Shown: positions 1 to 13,800, counted from the first letter of the stretch. The stretch: 64,000 bases of DNA from Octopus vulgaris (GCA_951406725.2 OX597828.1:61442001-61506000); one strand, 5' to 3'. Made by a program: numbers and translations. Notes: a model not told the origin generated them from the letters alone.

Positions 1-371
1 ACAATGTAGTTATTTGACCTGCAAGAAACTGTAAACGAAGTATCTCAAATGACATAGCTAGCGTCTTGGACGCAGCTGGAACGCCTGTGATCGTAGGTCG
101 GCTGAATTAGAGCTGATCAGAAGCTAAAACAACAATGCTTACATGTTTAAGTAATTAGTTCTTAATGTGTAACTTGGCACCAAGGAACACTAATTAATCT
201 ATGAAATTAATTGATAGGATTTTATATATTAGCAAAATTACTTAGTGTATTAAGTGAGTAGTGTAATTGGGGAATTAAAAGGCAAACAACACAACGATAT
301 GAAGAGAACGGTATATGTTATTACAGTTTACATAAAATAGCATAATTACAAATCCATACCAAAACCATTCA

Positions 372-460
372 GAGACGCATGGTTAGAAAATTTGCTTTGC
401 AGCCACGTGGTTTCGAGTTCGACCCTACTGCATGGCACCTTGAACAAATGTCCAACAACT
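372..460 (+). mobile_element. tRNA-derived SINE, 5' head fragment
   Basis: A/B-box-like head (tggttag...ttcgagttcgacc) followed by gcatggcaccttgaacaaatgtc; similar to the 5' part of the copy at 1403. Confidence 0.6.
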
Positions 461-549
461 GTAATGAAAGTTTGTGTATGTGTGTGCGCGCGCGTGTGCA
501 CACATACACACACACACACACAAATAAGCATACATACATACACGCACAC

Positions 550-604
<55 letters not shown>

Positions 605-769
605 TACATATGTATACGATAGTGTATACGTGTGTGAGTGGATGTGTCTTTGGAATCCTGCGCGCGTACACTTAAGTTCGCTTTACAAACACATACTTCA
701 TGTTCAGATTTTAGGTTTGAGAGTGATATGCGACAGTAAGATTTTTAAAATTTTGCCTGGTCTTTGTTG

Positions 770-945
770 GGCAAAATGCTTTGTGTTCTTTTTTCCGGTT
801 CTCTGTGTTCTGAGTTCATATCCTACCGAGCTAAACTTTACTCCTCATCGATAAAATAAAATAACAGTCAAAGAAATAGATGGAAGCGTATAATCTCCTT
901 CCTTCAAAAATTTCTAGCCTTGTGCCTAAATTAGGAAGAATTATT
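770..945 (+). mobile_element. Degenerate Meta-domain-like SINE
   Basis: gttctgagttca...catcgataaaataa...gccttgtgcctaaattagg matches the reverse complement of the copies at 2221 and 29020. Confidence 0.5.
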
Positions 946-1402
946 TTGTCTAAAGAGGGAAATCTATTTGTTGTGTTCCTACTTTTCCCTTCCTATTTGT
1001 CTCACTCCTTCCCACTCTCCCTGCCCACTTCCTCTTTGAATCATTCCTGCCGAATGCCGTAAATACGTACGGTTATTTATCTCACAGATGTTAGCTATTT
1101 ACTAAGAGCAGCAAAAAATATACGAGAAAAAATAGATGAAAATAATTTACGAAATAATTTAGCACGCAACTATATAAAAGTTCAGCGTAATCATTAATGG
1201 TAAAAAATTATAAAATAAAATTAAAATATAGAACTTATTTGCCTTCCATATAATGCAGTTATAGGCAGATTTGATAACCTATTTTATTTCTTCGTTCTTA
1301 ACTTGCCGTAAAACGTTCCTCCTAATGCAAAATAAATCAAATTTGTCTTTTATCCTTGTTTAAAAACTCACCAGAAAATGAATAATTATTTATATAGTTC
1401 AT

Positions 1403-1569
1403 AGGCGCAGGAGTGGGTATGTGTAAGCAGCTTGCTTACCAACCACATGGTCCCGGGTTCAGTCTCAATGCGTGGCACCTTGGGCAAGTGTCTTCTACTA
1501 TAGCCTCGGGTCGACCAAAGACTTGTGAGTGGATTTGGCACACAAACACACACACACATACATATGTCG

Positions 1570-1608
<39 letters not shown>

Positions 1609-1860
1609 CATATGTGTGTGTGTTTGTGTGTGGGTATGTATATGTTTGTGTATGTGTTTGTCGCCCCAACATCGATTGACAACTGATGCTGGTGCGTTTA
1701 CGTCCCCGTAACTTAGCTGTTCGGCAAAAGAGACCGATAGAATAAGTACTAGGCTTACAAAGAATAAGTCCTAGGGTCGATTTTCTCGACTAAAGGTGGT
1801 GTTCCAGCATGGCCACAGTCAAATGATTGAAACAAGAAAAAGAATAAAAAATAAAAAGAA
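1403..1860 (+). mobile_element. tRNA-derived SINE with internal (CA)/(TA)/(TG) microsatellite
   Basis: ggcgcaggagtgg head, B-box gggttcagtc, body ggcaccttgggcaagtgtc, 3' part ccagcatggccacagtcaaatgattgaaac and A-rich tail; related pieces at 37170, 51775, 53623, 62100 and 63230. Confidence 0.8.
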
Positions 1861-2220
1861 TTTGAATCATTTTTGTTGATGTATCTTCGGGCCAAATATA
1901 GCAGTGCAACAATGCATTTTATAAAAGTGCAATTTATAAAAGTGCATTCTATAAAAGTACAATTTACAAGGAATCATATTACGTATTCAGAAAACATAAT
2001 TTTTTTTTTCTGACCTGGATAACGGCTCTCAATTCAGCTCTATTTCAAAGACTAAGGTCATCACTGACCTATGGAGGTCCGAAGTACTTAAACCAAAATA
2101 CCAACGGAATTCTGTCTTCGAATATCTCAACTTTTAAGAGCAATTAAAGGCTTTACTAGAATATTGGAGCAGATGAAAATGTTGTATCAACGAGTACTAT
2201 ATAACATTGAGTACTATATT

Positions 2221-2413
2221 GGCTTCAAATTTTGGCAAAAAGTCAGCAATTTGGGGGGAGGGTCAAGTCGATTACATTGACTCCAGTGCTCAAATGATAC
2301 TTATTTTATCCACCCTGAAAGGATGAAAGGCAAAGTCGACCCCGCTGGAATTTAAACTCAGAACGTAAAGACGGACGAAATGCTGCTAAGCATTTTGAAC
2401 GGCGTACTAACGA
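2221..2413 (-). mobile_element. tRNA-derived SINE with Meta-like central domain
   Basis: Minus strand reads gtcgactttgcctttcatcctttcagggtggataaaataagta, resembling the MetaSINE central domain; several copies in the window. Confidence 0.7.
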
Positions 2414-2972
2414 CCAAACTCTGTGTATTGTAGTAAAATAGAATATACAAAAACACGAAAATGATCTCATCTACAAAAAAAGCCACATGCCAGGTAGCTG
2501 CAAAATGAGCAAAAATAAATAAATCTACAAATTTATAAGCAAAAGAAAGATGTATACTTCATGGCTCTAAGTTTGGACATACATATACCCTGCTTTCTCG
2601 TCAAGTGACAATACTCAAACAATAAAGAACGAATAAGCCTTGCAATTGTAATTGCTTTGTTTAGAACACCATCCTCCGAATCAAGGAAGTTGTATTGATC
2701 GCAAAATATAATACAAAAATAACTCACAGACCGTGACTAAACTATTTCATGAATTCAAATGAAAACGGAACAGAACATTCTGACGAAATAATGAATGTGG
2801 AACTAGCATATTATTCATGATGCTTATTCATGAAATATCCATAACGACTAAAAACGAAAACCATTTCTTCTCGAAGAGAAGAAAGGTTGACGTTGTCCCA
2901 AATAAAAGCTGATTCATAAATATATTTAAAATCCACGGTAAGATAATTAAAAAGTTAAAGCATTCATATCAG

Positions 2973-3216
2973 CAGGGCCGGTGCTAGGAAGTGCGAGGCC
3001 GAATTAGGTCAGTGGGGTCTCTACTCTGGGGAAGCTGGAGGTTGATGTTTTATGCTTCGTGTAGTACCCCAATCCCAGCCAAAAAGTGTTGAGGGCTTGA
3101 GGCTCCACCATCAGACACAATCATATACTAAAACTTCATCATAGCGTTCTCCGTTCGAGCGTGTGTAGGGGGCCTAATTTGAACAAATCTGATCAATTGG
3201 CTTAAAACTGGCCCTG
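2973..3216. mobile_element. MITE (non-autonomous DNA transposon)
   Basis: Terminal inverted repeats cagggccggt / actggccctg; flanks atatcag / ataacag resemble a 7-bp TSD with one mismatch. Confidence 0.55.
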
Positions 3217-3374
3217 ATAACAGGGATGTGCTCCGTGAATTCATCAAATTCGGCTGTGCATACCCGAAATATAATTGTAAATATTAAAATATTTCATACA
3301 AGATGTAAATGTTTTCAACTCATTAAGATAATTCTGAATGAATGTCTGAAATTCTACGTATAATTCCTTGAAAG

Positions 3375-4535
3375 GGAGGGCGGAGGTCGCAGAAGTTTTT
3401 ATGGCTTCTGTGATTACCTACCGCCTAACCATTGTACCTTGCCCCCTTTCGTGGCTGACCAAGTTGGAGCGTCTGCTCTTCCGCTTTTTGTAGAGTGGTA
3501 GAGCTCCTCTTGTACGGCGCTCTATTTGCTGTCACCACCCGCTAAAAGGTGGGCTAGGGATGCCTTGGCTGTTGATGCGCAGGCATGCACTGAGGCTAAG
3601 GCTCTACCTGGATGGTGAACAGGTGTGGTCTCCGTTCGCTCGTTCGTTACTTCCTACGTTTACTAGTTTGAGTGAATTAGGACTTTGGATCAAGTGTAGA
3701 CCAAAGTTGGGTGCTTGGCAAGTGGAGTATCGTCAAGTACTTTTGCTTCTCTCTCACACGGGCAACGCCAGCAGCAAGGGTTCCACCTCGGCTTTCTGTA
3801 AAGGGTTGATAGAGGCTAAGTGTGACGATGTCCTGGGAAGGATTCGAGGCTTCGATGAGGGTCAACTAGCCGTTCTGCTCCCCTTGTTCACCCTTGTGCA
3901 CAAGATGCGAGCAGGACAGGGAAACCGTTTTGCACGCAATTGTGCAATGCCCCCAAATCTCTGAGATGTGGGTTTATGTTGAGCATATGGTATCACGACT
4001 GGGAAGAGTACAACTGTCTTCCGAGTCAATTGTAAAGATTGTTGCTCCTTCCTCTTTTAACAAAGAAGGCAAGGCTAGTTTTCTCGCTGTGGACACTATT
4101 GAGAAAGAAGTGGCATGGCAGACCCGTGTGAAAGGAATCGTGACAGGCACCTTCCTCTCCAGCCTTGGGCTGGTCCATTTTCTTCATTTACCATCTTAAG
4201 AGGAAAATGAGGATGGAGAGAAAATGCCTGTCGCTTGATGTATAATGGAAAAAGATGGAAGGCTATGGCGAATTTGTTGAGAATGAATCTGCATAGTGTA
4301 TACACAAATTAATACTAAAGCTTACAGTGGTGACATGGGGATTGCGGAGTCGAAGCAAAACCTCTTCCCCACTTCACTGTATACGTATTTGTTTATCATT
4401 GTCTATCATCCGCTCTATCTAAATTTTTAACCCTTTATCTCTTTGTAAAATCATTCGTACTATCGCTCCCTCTCTTACCTGTATCGTCCCCTCTATGTTT
4501 GCCCCACCCCCACCCGGTGGGCAATAAAGAAATTG
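3375..4535 (+). mobile_element. Tx1/L1-clade LINE, decayed 3' fragment (post-RT region, zf-RVT, 3' UTR)
   Basis: Frames give GGLGMP and CTRCEQDRETVLHAIVQCP (CxxC...HxxxxC zinc-binding motif); ends in aataaagaaa; homologous to the copy at 43956-45081. Confidence 0.8.
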
Positions 4536-6050
4536 ATGTAATTTACCAGTGATAACATCATCCTGACCTGAAACGGTCATAGATGGATCTTGTTTATAAT
4601 ATATATTTAACCTCGAAATTTAGCTATCACTTGTTTTTGTATTTTGACTTCGAACATCTTTTTATCTCGTAATTTCTATCTTATAATTTATATGTCTAGG
4701 TGATTTTAGACGATTTATGCGGTTTGCCATTTTAAAATTGGCGTTTTTATTCCTAAATTTATCAACCTCTCGTTCAATTTGCACCTATATTTATCATGCA
4801 TAACTCCTAACATGTAATGTTTATTTGCATGTAATTTTATATAATTTTTATATATTTTTATATATCTTCTATATTTTTCTGTATGTTTGGTTTTATATTC
4901 TTTATACCCTTGGATAATCTCTATACTTGTACATGCATGATCTATGCTGACGTGTATAAATATATATACTTCACCTACTTTGATTGAATGATTTCATTTA
5001 TACGTTCAGGAATCTGCTTGTCTGCCTAAAATTTGCGTTTACAATTTTCTCTACTCTATTTTTTTTCACATTGACTCTGTGAACACTCCGTAAACAGCCC
5101 ATATATTTTTAAACATATTAAATATTATATATATGTGTGTGTGTGTGTGTGTTTGTATGATATATTCACACATACAACCATGCTAACATGTAGGAGTGTC
5201 TGACAGTGTGTATGCGTGTATATGTGTGCGAATGTATGCGTTTGTGTTGCGACGGCTGGCACCTCACATCTTGCTTTTTCGAATTTCAAGTTTCTGATCT
5301 TCAGATTGGATATTAAATACACTTTATATTTAATCTGGTGAAATTCGTTTAACGAGATGTGATATACCAGGTGTTACAGTCATAAATCACACTCTCCCTC
5401 TGGTTCTGAATACTATTTTAATCTTTCTGTCTGTACTTCCGCACTCTGTATACACAGACAATATGTGTATGGTGTACGTGTTTATGTCTGTTAACTTATG
5501 CGTGTGTCAGTGTTACAAATGTAAGTAACTAATTCTCATTGTCACTTACATTTTTACTTAAAGATTCATTGTGATAAATCCTTCTGTTTACAATTTCCTT
5601 TATGAATGATTGCTGTCTATCCTGAATATTTTATTGTGACGCATTTCTTGTACATACACATATATATAAATCTAATTATATGTATAATTAATTTATATAT
5701 TTTATATAGAAGGATTAGATAGATATATATTCATATGGATAATGAAATCATATGTATTTTCTCAAAAGTTTATTATACAACTGACATTATATAATTAATG
5801 TGTGTATAATTCTGCAAAGCGACTAGGTGGAAAGCAACTTCGAATCATCATTTTTTGGTTGCTAAGACACTACGTACAATTTCGCACATAATTGATACAT
5901 AATCATTAATTTAAATTTAATTAAATTCGAACATATGTTATTACTATTAAAGAAGGTTAAATACACCGTGCATACATATACAGGGCGTATATATACATAT
6001 TTATACACATATTTGAACATATACATAGACACACACTATATATATATAAA

Positions 6051-7030
6051 CTAGCAGCATAGCTCGGCGTTGCCCGGGTATGTAAGAGCCCCTAGTAGGC
6101 AACGACTAATCCCAATCTAGTCCTTTCCCTCTAGGGAACGAAGGCGCATGTGTAGGTTGCAATGTCTTCTCTTCACTCCCAAATAACTATCAAACAGCTA
6201 TCGATAATTCAACCCAACCAATTCCTACCAGGAAGAAATTACATTCGAGACTTTACTTCCAACACCGTCACTTCTGCTAATAGCTGCTGCAGCCGCAAGT
6301 TATTCGAATACTTTTTTTGTTTAAACTTTCTTTATAACTACCACCCCAAACGTTTTACCTTAAATTTTTGACGTACCCTAAGGGTCCTCGGACGCTACTT
6401 GCAAACTCTCGGTTTATTATAAACCGCTTTTGTCGTGTGCACCAAAAAACCTTTTCCATTCGTTTGTTCAGTTTGGTCACTTTTGACTTTTTCGTTGTTG
6501 TCACTCACATTGCTGCCCGTTTTTTTGCCGGTTTTGTACATTTTTATATATTTTGGGATACTTAACCCACGTGTTCCGAGAGTTAAAAAGGTCGAGTTGC
6601 GTCCCCTAGACCGTCTGTGGTTTGTGTTCAATACACAAATTGGTTTGCTATGTGTGCCACATATGTTTTAATTAACCGATTTTTTCCAGTAATAAAGTAT
6701 CCTATTAGAATCAAAAGGGCCATATAGCTCATTGGAGCAGACATGATGCTCGCTGTGAATTTTTTAAAAATTCCTGCCAATTTGTGAAAGATATTGTCGA
6801 AAATATGTCATCTTGAATTTGAACGCGATTTCCAAAAATGGCATGATTTTATCGATTTTTTCTGATGGTAAGGTATGGCAGGAAAACTAACGTCAGAATT
6901 AAGTTTCTTAGGGTAACATTAAGCTTCACCATGAGTTTGGTTAAAATCGATTGCAAGTTGTGAAAACTACAACAGAAAATGTGTTGCATATAAAAAGCTC
7001 AGATTCTCGACCCCATGTAAAAATTATGAA
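6051..7030 (-). mobile_element. Non-autonomous Helitron (3' portion)
   Basis: Minus-strand 3' end cccgggcaacgccgagctatgctgCTAG-T (subterminal hairpin plus CTAG) next to a TA tract; shares the block gtctaggggacgcaactcgacctttttaactctc with the element at 37655-38033. Confidence 0.7.
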
Positions 7031-7180
7031 GAATAAAAGTATGTCCTAAAAAAAGGGGGGGGAGTAAAGTCTTCCGAAGAGCGAATAAAAAAACATCGTA
7101 GGTTGGAATATTTCAAAAAACATTTGTAAATAATCCGAGGGAATAAGTAATCCTGTCTAGGTAAACTGTTAGTAGTAATC

Positions 7181-7270
7181 CTCTTACGGCTGTTTCAGGG
7201 GTACAGTAATCCATAGATTTTAAGGGTATTTTCACTCCAAAAATTGGATACTGCCTCCTTCATCAGAGAG
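7181..7270 (-). ncRNA. Type I hammerhead ribozyme, intact core
   Basis: Minus strand: ctct-CTGATGA-aggaggcagtatcc...ggattactgtacccct-GAAAC-agcc-GTA-agag; stem I ctct/agag, long stem II, minimal stem III. Confidence 0.75.
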
Positions 7271-7655
7271 TATATTATTCAGGATTTCACATTTCGTGCG
7301 ACTTTGTACTGGGTAGATGAGATTTAGTTATATAAGGAGGTACAGTTGTAAACAGGAAGAGGAAATATTATAACAAGGATCTATGAGAAATACGATGTAA
7401 CAATGTGTGTGTGAGTGCGCATGTGATGTTATATGTGTGTGCATATCTGTCTGTCTGTCTGTCTGTCTATCTGTCTATCTATCTATCTATGTATGTATCT
7501 ATCTATCTATCTACCTATCTATCTATCTATCTATCTATCTGTCTATATATCTATCTATATGTAGATATCTATATGTATGTATATATAAATACATATATAT
7601 ATATATATATAGGTAGATAGATAGATATCAATATATATATACTATTGCTATATAT

Positions 7656-7692
<37 letters not shown>

Positions 7693-7693
<1 letters not shown>

Positions 7694-8106
7694 ATAGAGG
7701 GTACTATTATTCATAGGTACCGCACGCTAGGAGGGACTCATGCAGTCAAAACTACTAAAATAAACAAATTATACCGAATGCAAAACTTCAAAGCAAGTAA
7801 TTTAAAAACAGAATTTAGTTACATATCACCTGTGATTTCGCAATCAATGCAGAATATGCATTCTATGCTCTTCAGTGCAACGAACTCAAGACATGTAAGG
7901 ACAAGTGTCTTGAGTTCGTTGCACTGAAGAGCATAGAATGAATATTCTGCATTGATTGCGAAATCACAGGTGATATGTAACTAAATTCTGTTTTTAAATG
8001 ACTTGCTTTGAAGTTTTGCATTCGGTACAATTTGTTTATTTTAGTAGTTTTGACTGCAAGAGTCCCTCCTAGCGTGCGGTACCTATGAATAATAGTACCC
8101 TCTATA
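7693..8106. mobile_element. Near-perfect ~410 bp palindrome (foldback MITE)
   Basis: ~200 bp arms tatagagggtactattattcataggtaccgc... / ...gcggtacctatgaataatagtaccctctata, few mismatches, ~12 nt loop near 7900, TA at both ends. Confidence 0.85.
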
Positions 8107-8214
8107 TAATATAAATAAATATTTTCAAAGTGGAAAAATTTACAGATTTTTTCTCTTACGAGGTTTTTCACGCTAACTACTGATAATTTCTTATAAAGAT
8201 TTTATCCTTAATTT

Positions 8215-8276
<62 letters not shown>

Positions 8277-8279
<3 letters not shown>

Positions 8280-9475
8280 TGGGGGGAAATAAATATTCTT
8301 TTTCGTTTGTTCCAATAATCTTATCAGTTGTCATTTTTAAGTGTCAAAACGCTAGCTTCTTCATTCAGCACTGAGACAACATAAAGTAGTATCGTAATAA
8401 TGGCGAAAAGTAAAGAACTCACAAATTCAGTAAAAATCTTAATTATTGAACAGTGGAAAACGTAAAAGTTACAGGAAAATATCAGAGACCCTTTGTATTC
8501 CATTTTCTACCATTTCTTCATTTATTCAAACATATAAAAAATTGGGAACTGTTGAAAACAGAATAAGATCCGGTGCACCACGCAAGATTTCCCTTAGATC
8601 TTTAAGATAAATGAAGCAAGGAATCGAAAAAAAAAACGCAATGATCACCAGAAAAGAGTTGCAAGAAGATTTGTTAGCTTCAGGGATTAGTGTTACTCTA
8701 CGAACAATCATCAATGAACTTCATAGGAATGAACTGAAGTCACGCTCTCCTAGAAAAACTCCGCTGTTGACTAAAAGGCATAGAGATGCCCATTTAAAAT
8801 TTGTTTATGAACATAAAGATAAATCTGATACATTCTGGGAAAATGCTCTATGGACAGACGAGTCGAAAATTGAATTGTTTGAGCGAAATTCGCGTAGCCA
8901 TGTTTGGAGGAAAGATGGTACCGCCTATTCGCCGAAAAACACAATTCCTACCATGAAGTTTGGAGATGGCAACATCATGGTGTGGGGGTGTTTCTCTGCA
9001 AATGGTACTGGCAATTTACATGTGATAGATGGTAGAATGAATGCAGAGATGAGCCAAAATATTTTGAACAATAATTTATGGGACTCTGTAGAAAAGCTCC
9101 AGCTTTGTGAAGGGTGGGTTTTACAACAGGATAACGACCCTAAGCACACGGCGAAGTCTACCAAAAAATGGATTGTCGATTACAATATAAAATTATTAGA
9201 ATGGCCAAGCCAGTCACCTGACTTGAACCCCATTGAAAATTTGTGGCGTAATTTGAAAATTAAAATTCATTCAAGAGCCCCAACGTGCATTACAGATTTG
9301 AAGAAAATTTGTCAAGAAGAATGGGAAAAAATTCCTAAAGAAATATGCGAGTCATTGATTAATAACTACAAGAAGAGATTGGTTGAAGTGGAACTGAATA
9401 ATGGTTATGCTACGAAGTATTAAATCAGAATTATCAGTTATTTATGTTCTGTGCGAATACTTTTTTCACCCCTAA
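8277..9475 (+). mobile_element. Tc1-family DNA transposon
   Basis: TA|cagtggggggaaataaatatt 5' end at a (TA)n tract; related inverted motif gaatacttttttcacccct at ~9455-9473; outer 3' TIR not found, SINE fragment follows at ~9500. Confidence 0.85.
8400..9423 (+). pseudogene. Tc1 transposase (DD34E); N-terminus disrupted, catalytic domain open at 8611-9423
   Basis: WTDESKIELF, QQDNDPKH, SPDLNPIENLW with 34 residues between the second D and E; paired-like HTH and GAPRK motif upstream, broken by one frameshift (~8460) and a TAA at 8608. Confidence 0.92.
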
Positions 9476-9897
9476 ACATTTATAATTGAATATAAATTCC
9501 TTCTTTCCCTTGGATAACACTGGTGGCGTGGAGAGAGGAGGCTGGTATGCATGGGCGATTAATTAAAATTTACATTTCCAGTGGTCCAGCGTGTAAAAAT
9601 TTAGTCCAAAAGACTATATTTTAGTCATAAGATACAGTGTACATTTAAACACATGAGGAATCCACTTATGGGATTCAACACGCTATAAAGAACAGCTAGG
9701 TTCTATAACCACAAAAATTAGGGATAAAATTCGACAGGAACGAAATGAAAAATAAAAACAGTTTACCATCTAGTTTCCTGGACCAATTGGTTTCTTATTT
9801 TAGTATATGAATAACATATACACTCGCCAGGTGAAATCGTCGTCAGCAGGAACACCTAGAGTTAAACGTATAAAACACGAGGCGATCAATCTACGTT

Positions 9898-10055
9898 TAT
9901 ACATCCTAACTTTTTCAAAATCTACTGCGCAGCCGCAGCCCTTCGCCAGCAATAAAAAATTTCCAACTTTTAAAAACCCAAAATTATCCAAAAACTCGCC
10001 TCGTATATATGTGTGTGTGTATCTATCTATCTATCTATCTATCTATCTAACTATA

Positions 10056-10137
<82 letters not shown>

Positions 10138-10319
10138 TATAGTCGATTATATATATATATATATATATATACATATATATAGTTAGATAGAGAGATACAC
10201 ACATACATATATACGAGGCGAGTTTTGGGATAATTTTGGGTTTTTAAAAGTTGGAATTTTTTTATTGCTGGCGAAGGGCTGCGGCTGGACAGTAGATTTT
10301 GAAAAAGTTAGGATGTATA
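9898..10319. repeat. ~108 bp inverted repeat flanking a (TA)/(TCTA) microsatellite
   Basis: 9898-10005 is the reverse complement of 10212-10319 with a few substitutions; inner ends read TA-CGAGG (mariner-like terminus). Confidence 0.8.
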
Positions 10320-11192
10320 TCAGAGGTATCCCACCTGATTGACCATTCTGTATTTTTATAAAATTTAAGTATAAAATATCTAGTAAATACCCAGTCTGGT
10401 CTTCCTTTTATAACACTGTAAATCGAATAACCAAGTAAAGTTTCCTTTGTGTCTGTATGTAAAATGTATCAAATCGTGTAGGCAGTAGCCGTTCAGATGA
10501 ACATTGTTAAATTGTAATAATCAAATATATTTCAAACTGTCGTCTTAGTTGCTACTTAAACGAACAACATCAATATCCAGTTAAGCTTTCCATATGCTAG
10601 AAATAACTGCCAAAATTCATTCTATTCACACTACACTGTCCTAAAAGTGGAAAGGATACATTCGATTATTAAATAAAGTTGTCCTAGGTACCACTAAAAA
10701 TGAGGGGTGGTCCTGGCTGGAATGGTTTTATGCCTACTCGATCAGATTGACCTGAAAGCTAATCAACAGCAACGTCGTCGACGATAATGGTAGAGACATC
10801 CGCGCCGACTAAATAGCGATACGATGATTATGATAGGGAATTCAATTAAAGAAGTATTTCACGTGAAAATGTAAGCAATTTCGCCTGAAAGATAACTGGA
10901 AAATCGGCATGACAATGAAACTGAAGCCAAAACATATTCAGATCTGTTTAGCTCTGTTTTAGTAAATATCATACGATATCGTGTGCAGTGAAGCAAGTAA
11001 CGTTGTGACAGGTACAACTGGTAAAAGAGGGAAATAAAGGAAGAAAAGATTGAAACGGTAACAGACAATGAGTGAGAGAGAGGAGGGAAAGAGAGAGCGA
11101 ACGAAAATCAGCAGCAGCCGTTTAATGAAAGGAGATAAGTTGGGGGTATTATAGAGAGGGAGACGCAGATATTAGAGAGCTAGAGAGAGGGA

Positions 11193-11326
11193 GAAGAAGA
11201 AGAAGAAGAAGAAGAAGAAGAAGAAGAAGAAGAAGAAGAAGAAGAAGAAGAAGAAGAAGAAGAAGAAGAAGAAGAAGAAGAAGAAGAAGAAGAAGAAGAA
11301 GAAGAAGAAGAAGAAGAAAAAGAAGA
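11193..11326. repeat. (GAA)n microsatellite
   Basis: Direct inspection. Confidence 0.95.
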
Positions 11327-11463
11327 TCAAAAGTCAGAGAACGAATGAAGAGGGAGGAAGTAGAAGCAATAAGAGAAATGAGAAAACATTGAAAATCAGT
11401 GAGGAAAGAAGTAGGTTAAGAGAAAAGGGCTGAGAAGAATAACGAAGAGAGGGAATGAAACAT

Positions 11464-11700
11464 ATCTCTTATATAAAATCCATTCTGTCTGTCTGTGTGT
11501 GTGTCTTCTAGGATCTCGGGCATCCTCCATCCGATTGCGCTCAAATTTGATATGCAGATACCGACGGTATGAGGACGTGTATAAGTCTTGAAAAAATTAC
11601 AAAAATCGATTCCAGGTGAGAATGCGATCGATAAAGCCGTAGGGAACGTGCATTTGCAAAATCGTTTTTCTTGGAATAGAAAAAAGTCTATCTTTATTTC
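11464..11700 (+). mobile_element. Non-autonomous Helitron 5' end
   Basis: a|tctcttatataaaa...ctgtctgtctgtgtg...catccgattgcgctcaaatttg resembles the 5' ends at 26105, 37655 and 53490. Confidence 0.55.
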
Positions 11701-12253
11701 TTCTTTTGCTGGTGTCTCAAATTTAGATTAAATCAGTGGTTTCTCAAAGGGGAGGCCTATGGGACGGTCGGACAAGTTGCTTTGAGAAAATTCAGTTTAA
11801 ATGTTTGATTACTCAACACTGTCCACTGGACGGGGACGTTTTGCTCGTGTATATATATATATAGAGAGAGAGAGAGAGTGCGTGTGTGTGTGTGTGCGTG
11901 TGTGTGTGTGCGTGTGTGTGTGTGAGAGAGATATGGATAGATAGATAATCAAAAGAGCCGATAGTTTGAAAGCGACTGACTAGAGAACATAAAGAACAGG
12001 TGAATAATTTTTGTGTGTAGATTTGTGAGGGGAGGGTAATATATAAAAATAAAGAGAAGCTTACAGAGAGACAAGTAGAAACGAGATGTTAAATGAGAAA
12101 CACATTTAATCAGAAGTCGACCCTGATCGGTATTGAGCAGAATATTTGCTGTTGCCCATCTTTTATACCAAGACAAAACAATGTACATGATAACACTTCC
12201 AATCAGTTAAGACCAAAAACCACGAGAGCCACTGCCTGGTAAAGCATTAGGGC

Positions 12254-12344
<91 letters not shown>

Positions 12345-12459
12345 AAGGCGATACTTATATCCTGCTTTTCCGAGTCTGTCATTCTTTCTCCATTATGTAA
12401 TACTACTCAACTGTTATAGTAATTCTCGCATGCTTTGCTGTCCCCATCTCTACGTGTAT

Positions 12460-13020
12460 CTCACAATATAAACAGTTCGCATGAAATAGTTGATCTCTTT
12501 TTCTGATTTTATAAACACTTTACATAAGATTATCCATAAACAGCAGGTCCGTTCCCGTTTTTTCCAGTTAGTAAATCACTCATTCTGCTGAAGCATTATG
12601 TTGAGAATAGTCAGAGCAAAGACGAAGCGCAAAGAAGAAATCACGTCACCTTGAAAAAGCCCACGCTTGATATCAACAATTCCTAAACGGCCGTCGTTGA
12701 AAAATAGTGTAGTTCTACAGTTTTTCCTGTTCTTACTCCATAGATCTTTTACATTATCAGGCTTTTTTGCAGTTCCCCACACTAGTATTGTCGGTAGCCA
12801 GGTGAGATTTTATCCTTTGTAATAGTTTTCTGTATCCTTTGTGTATATACACATGTTCAGCAGTTATTCCTAGAAATTTCCATATCAAGTTAAGGCATGT
12901 AATGTGACGATAATTAGTGACTACAAGACCCTTCGATGTATCTTTCATGATAAGGAATGTCTGTCCTTCAGCTATCCAGTCTGGTACCATACTATCAAAA
13001 GTAAATAGTCCGGACCAAAA
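12460..13020 (-). pseudogene. R4/Dong-like LINE reverse transcriptase fragment
   Basis: PDWIAEGQTFLIMKD...NYRHITCLNLIWK and IKRGLFQGDVISSLRF, split over frames. Confidence 0.7.
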
Positions 13021-13029
13021 TGGCCGCAT

Positions 13030-13800
13030 GTTCCTTGACCGGCCCAAAGCGTACGGTTTTTCAGCTGCAGTTTGCTCGATTGTTTGGGGGCGATGGGCGA
13101 GGGAGGATGCTAGACGGATTTCAATGCCTTGATCAATGGCTTGTCGCAACTCTTGGCAAGAGAAGCGGAGTGTTGCGAAAAGACGATAACAGTCTTAGAA
13201 ATAAAGGAAGCGATGGTTGGCTGCAGTGAGTGGGGGAAATTGCCTGTTTGGATGGTCTGTCCTATGAGTTTTCTTTTTTTTTTTTTATTCGAGACTTGTT
13301 AGGAGACGTCTTGACAGTTATCTGTAACAACCGGTAACAGAAAGGAAAATTTTCTAGTTTTCCGAGTCAAGGAATACTGGCACTGCCGAGAAAGACCCAA
13401 ACAAGTGGTATCATATTGATCATTCTTTTAGCCTATGTGTCTAAGGCAGATGTCAAAATGCTGATAAAAATGTTGGCACTTGCTGTCGATAGTCAACTTA
13501 GTGATGTGCAAACATGCACTATAACAAACAGATCTATCCGCAACAATCTCCACCTTATGCGATACATTCAGTATCAATCGCTCAGTCCGTCAACATTGTC
13601 TCCCTTTGTATCTTGTGTATGTATAGACTCTTGAGTCACTCTCGTAGGAACTAGAGATGTTTAAGAACATCCACGCATGCTAGGTGTAGAAGAGCCGTGT
13701 TAGCATATGCGGACAGCGCCACCGTCATAGTCTTGAGCACCAGGCATATTGAGGTAATCGGCATTGATCCAAAGAACTATAAAGCTTTGACAGGAGCAAA
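13030..13800 (+). pseudogene. Tx1/L1-clade RT fragment, highly decayed
   Basis: Remnants LDGLSYE, QTCTITNRSIRNNLHLMRYI and AYADSATVIV (YADD box). Confidence 0.6.
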
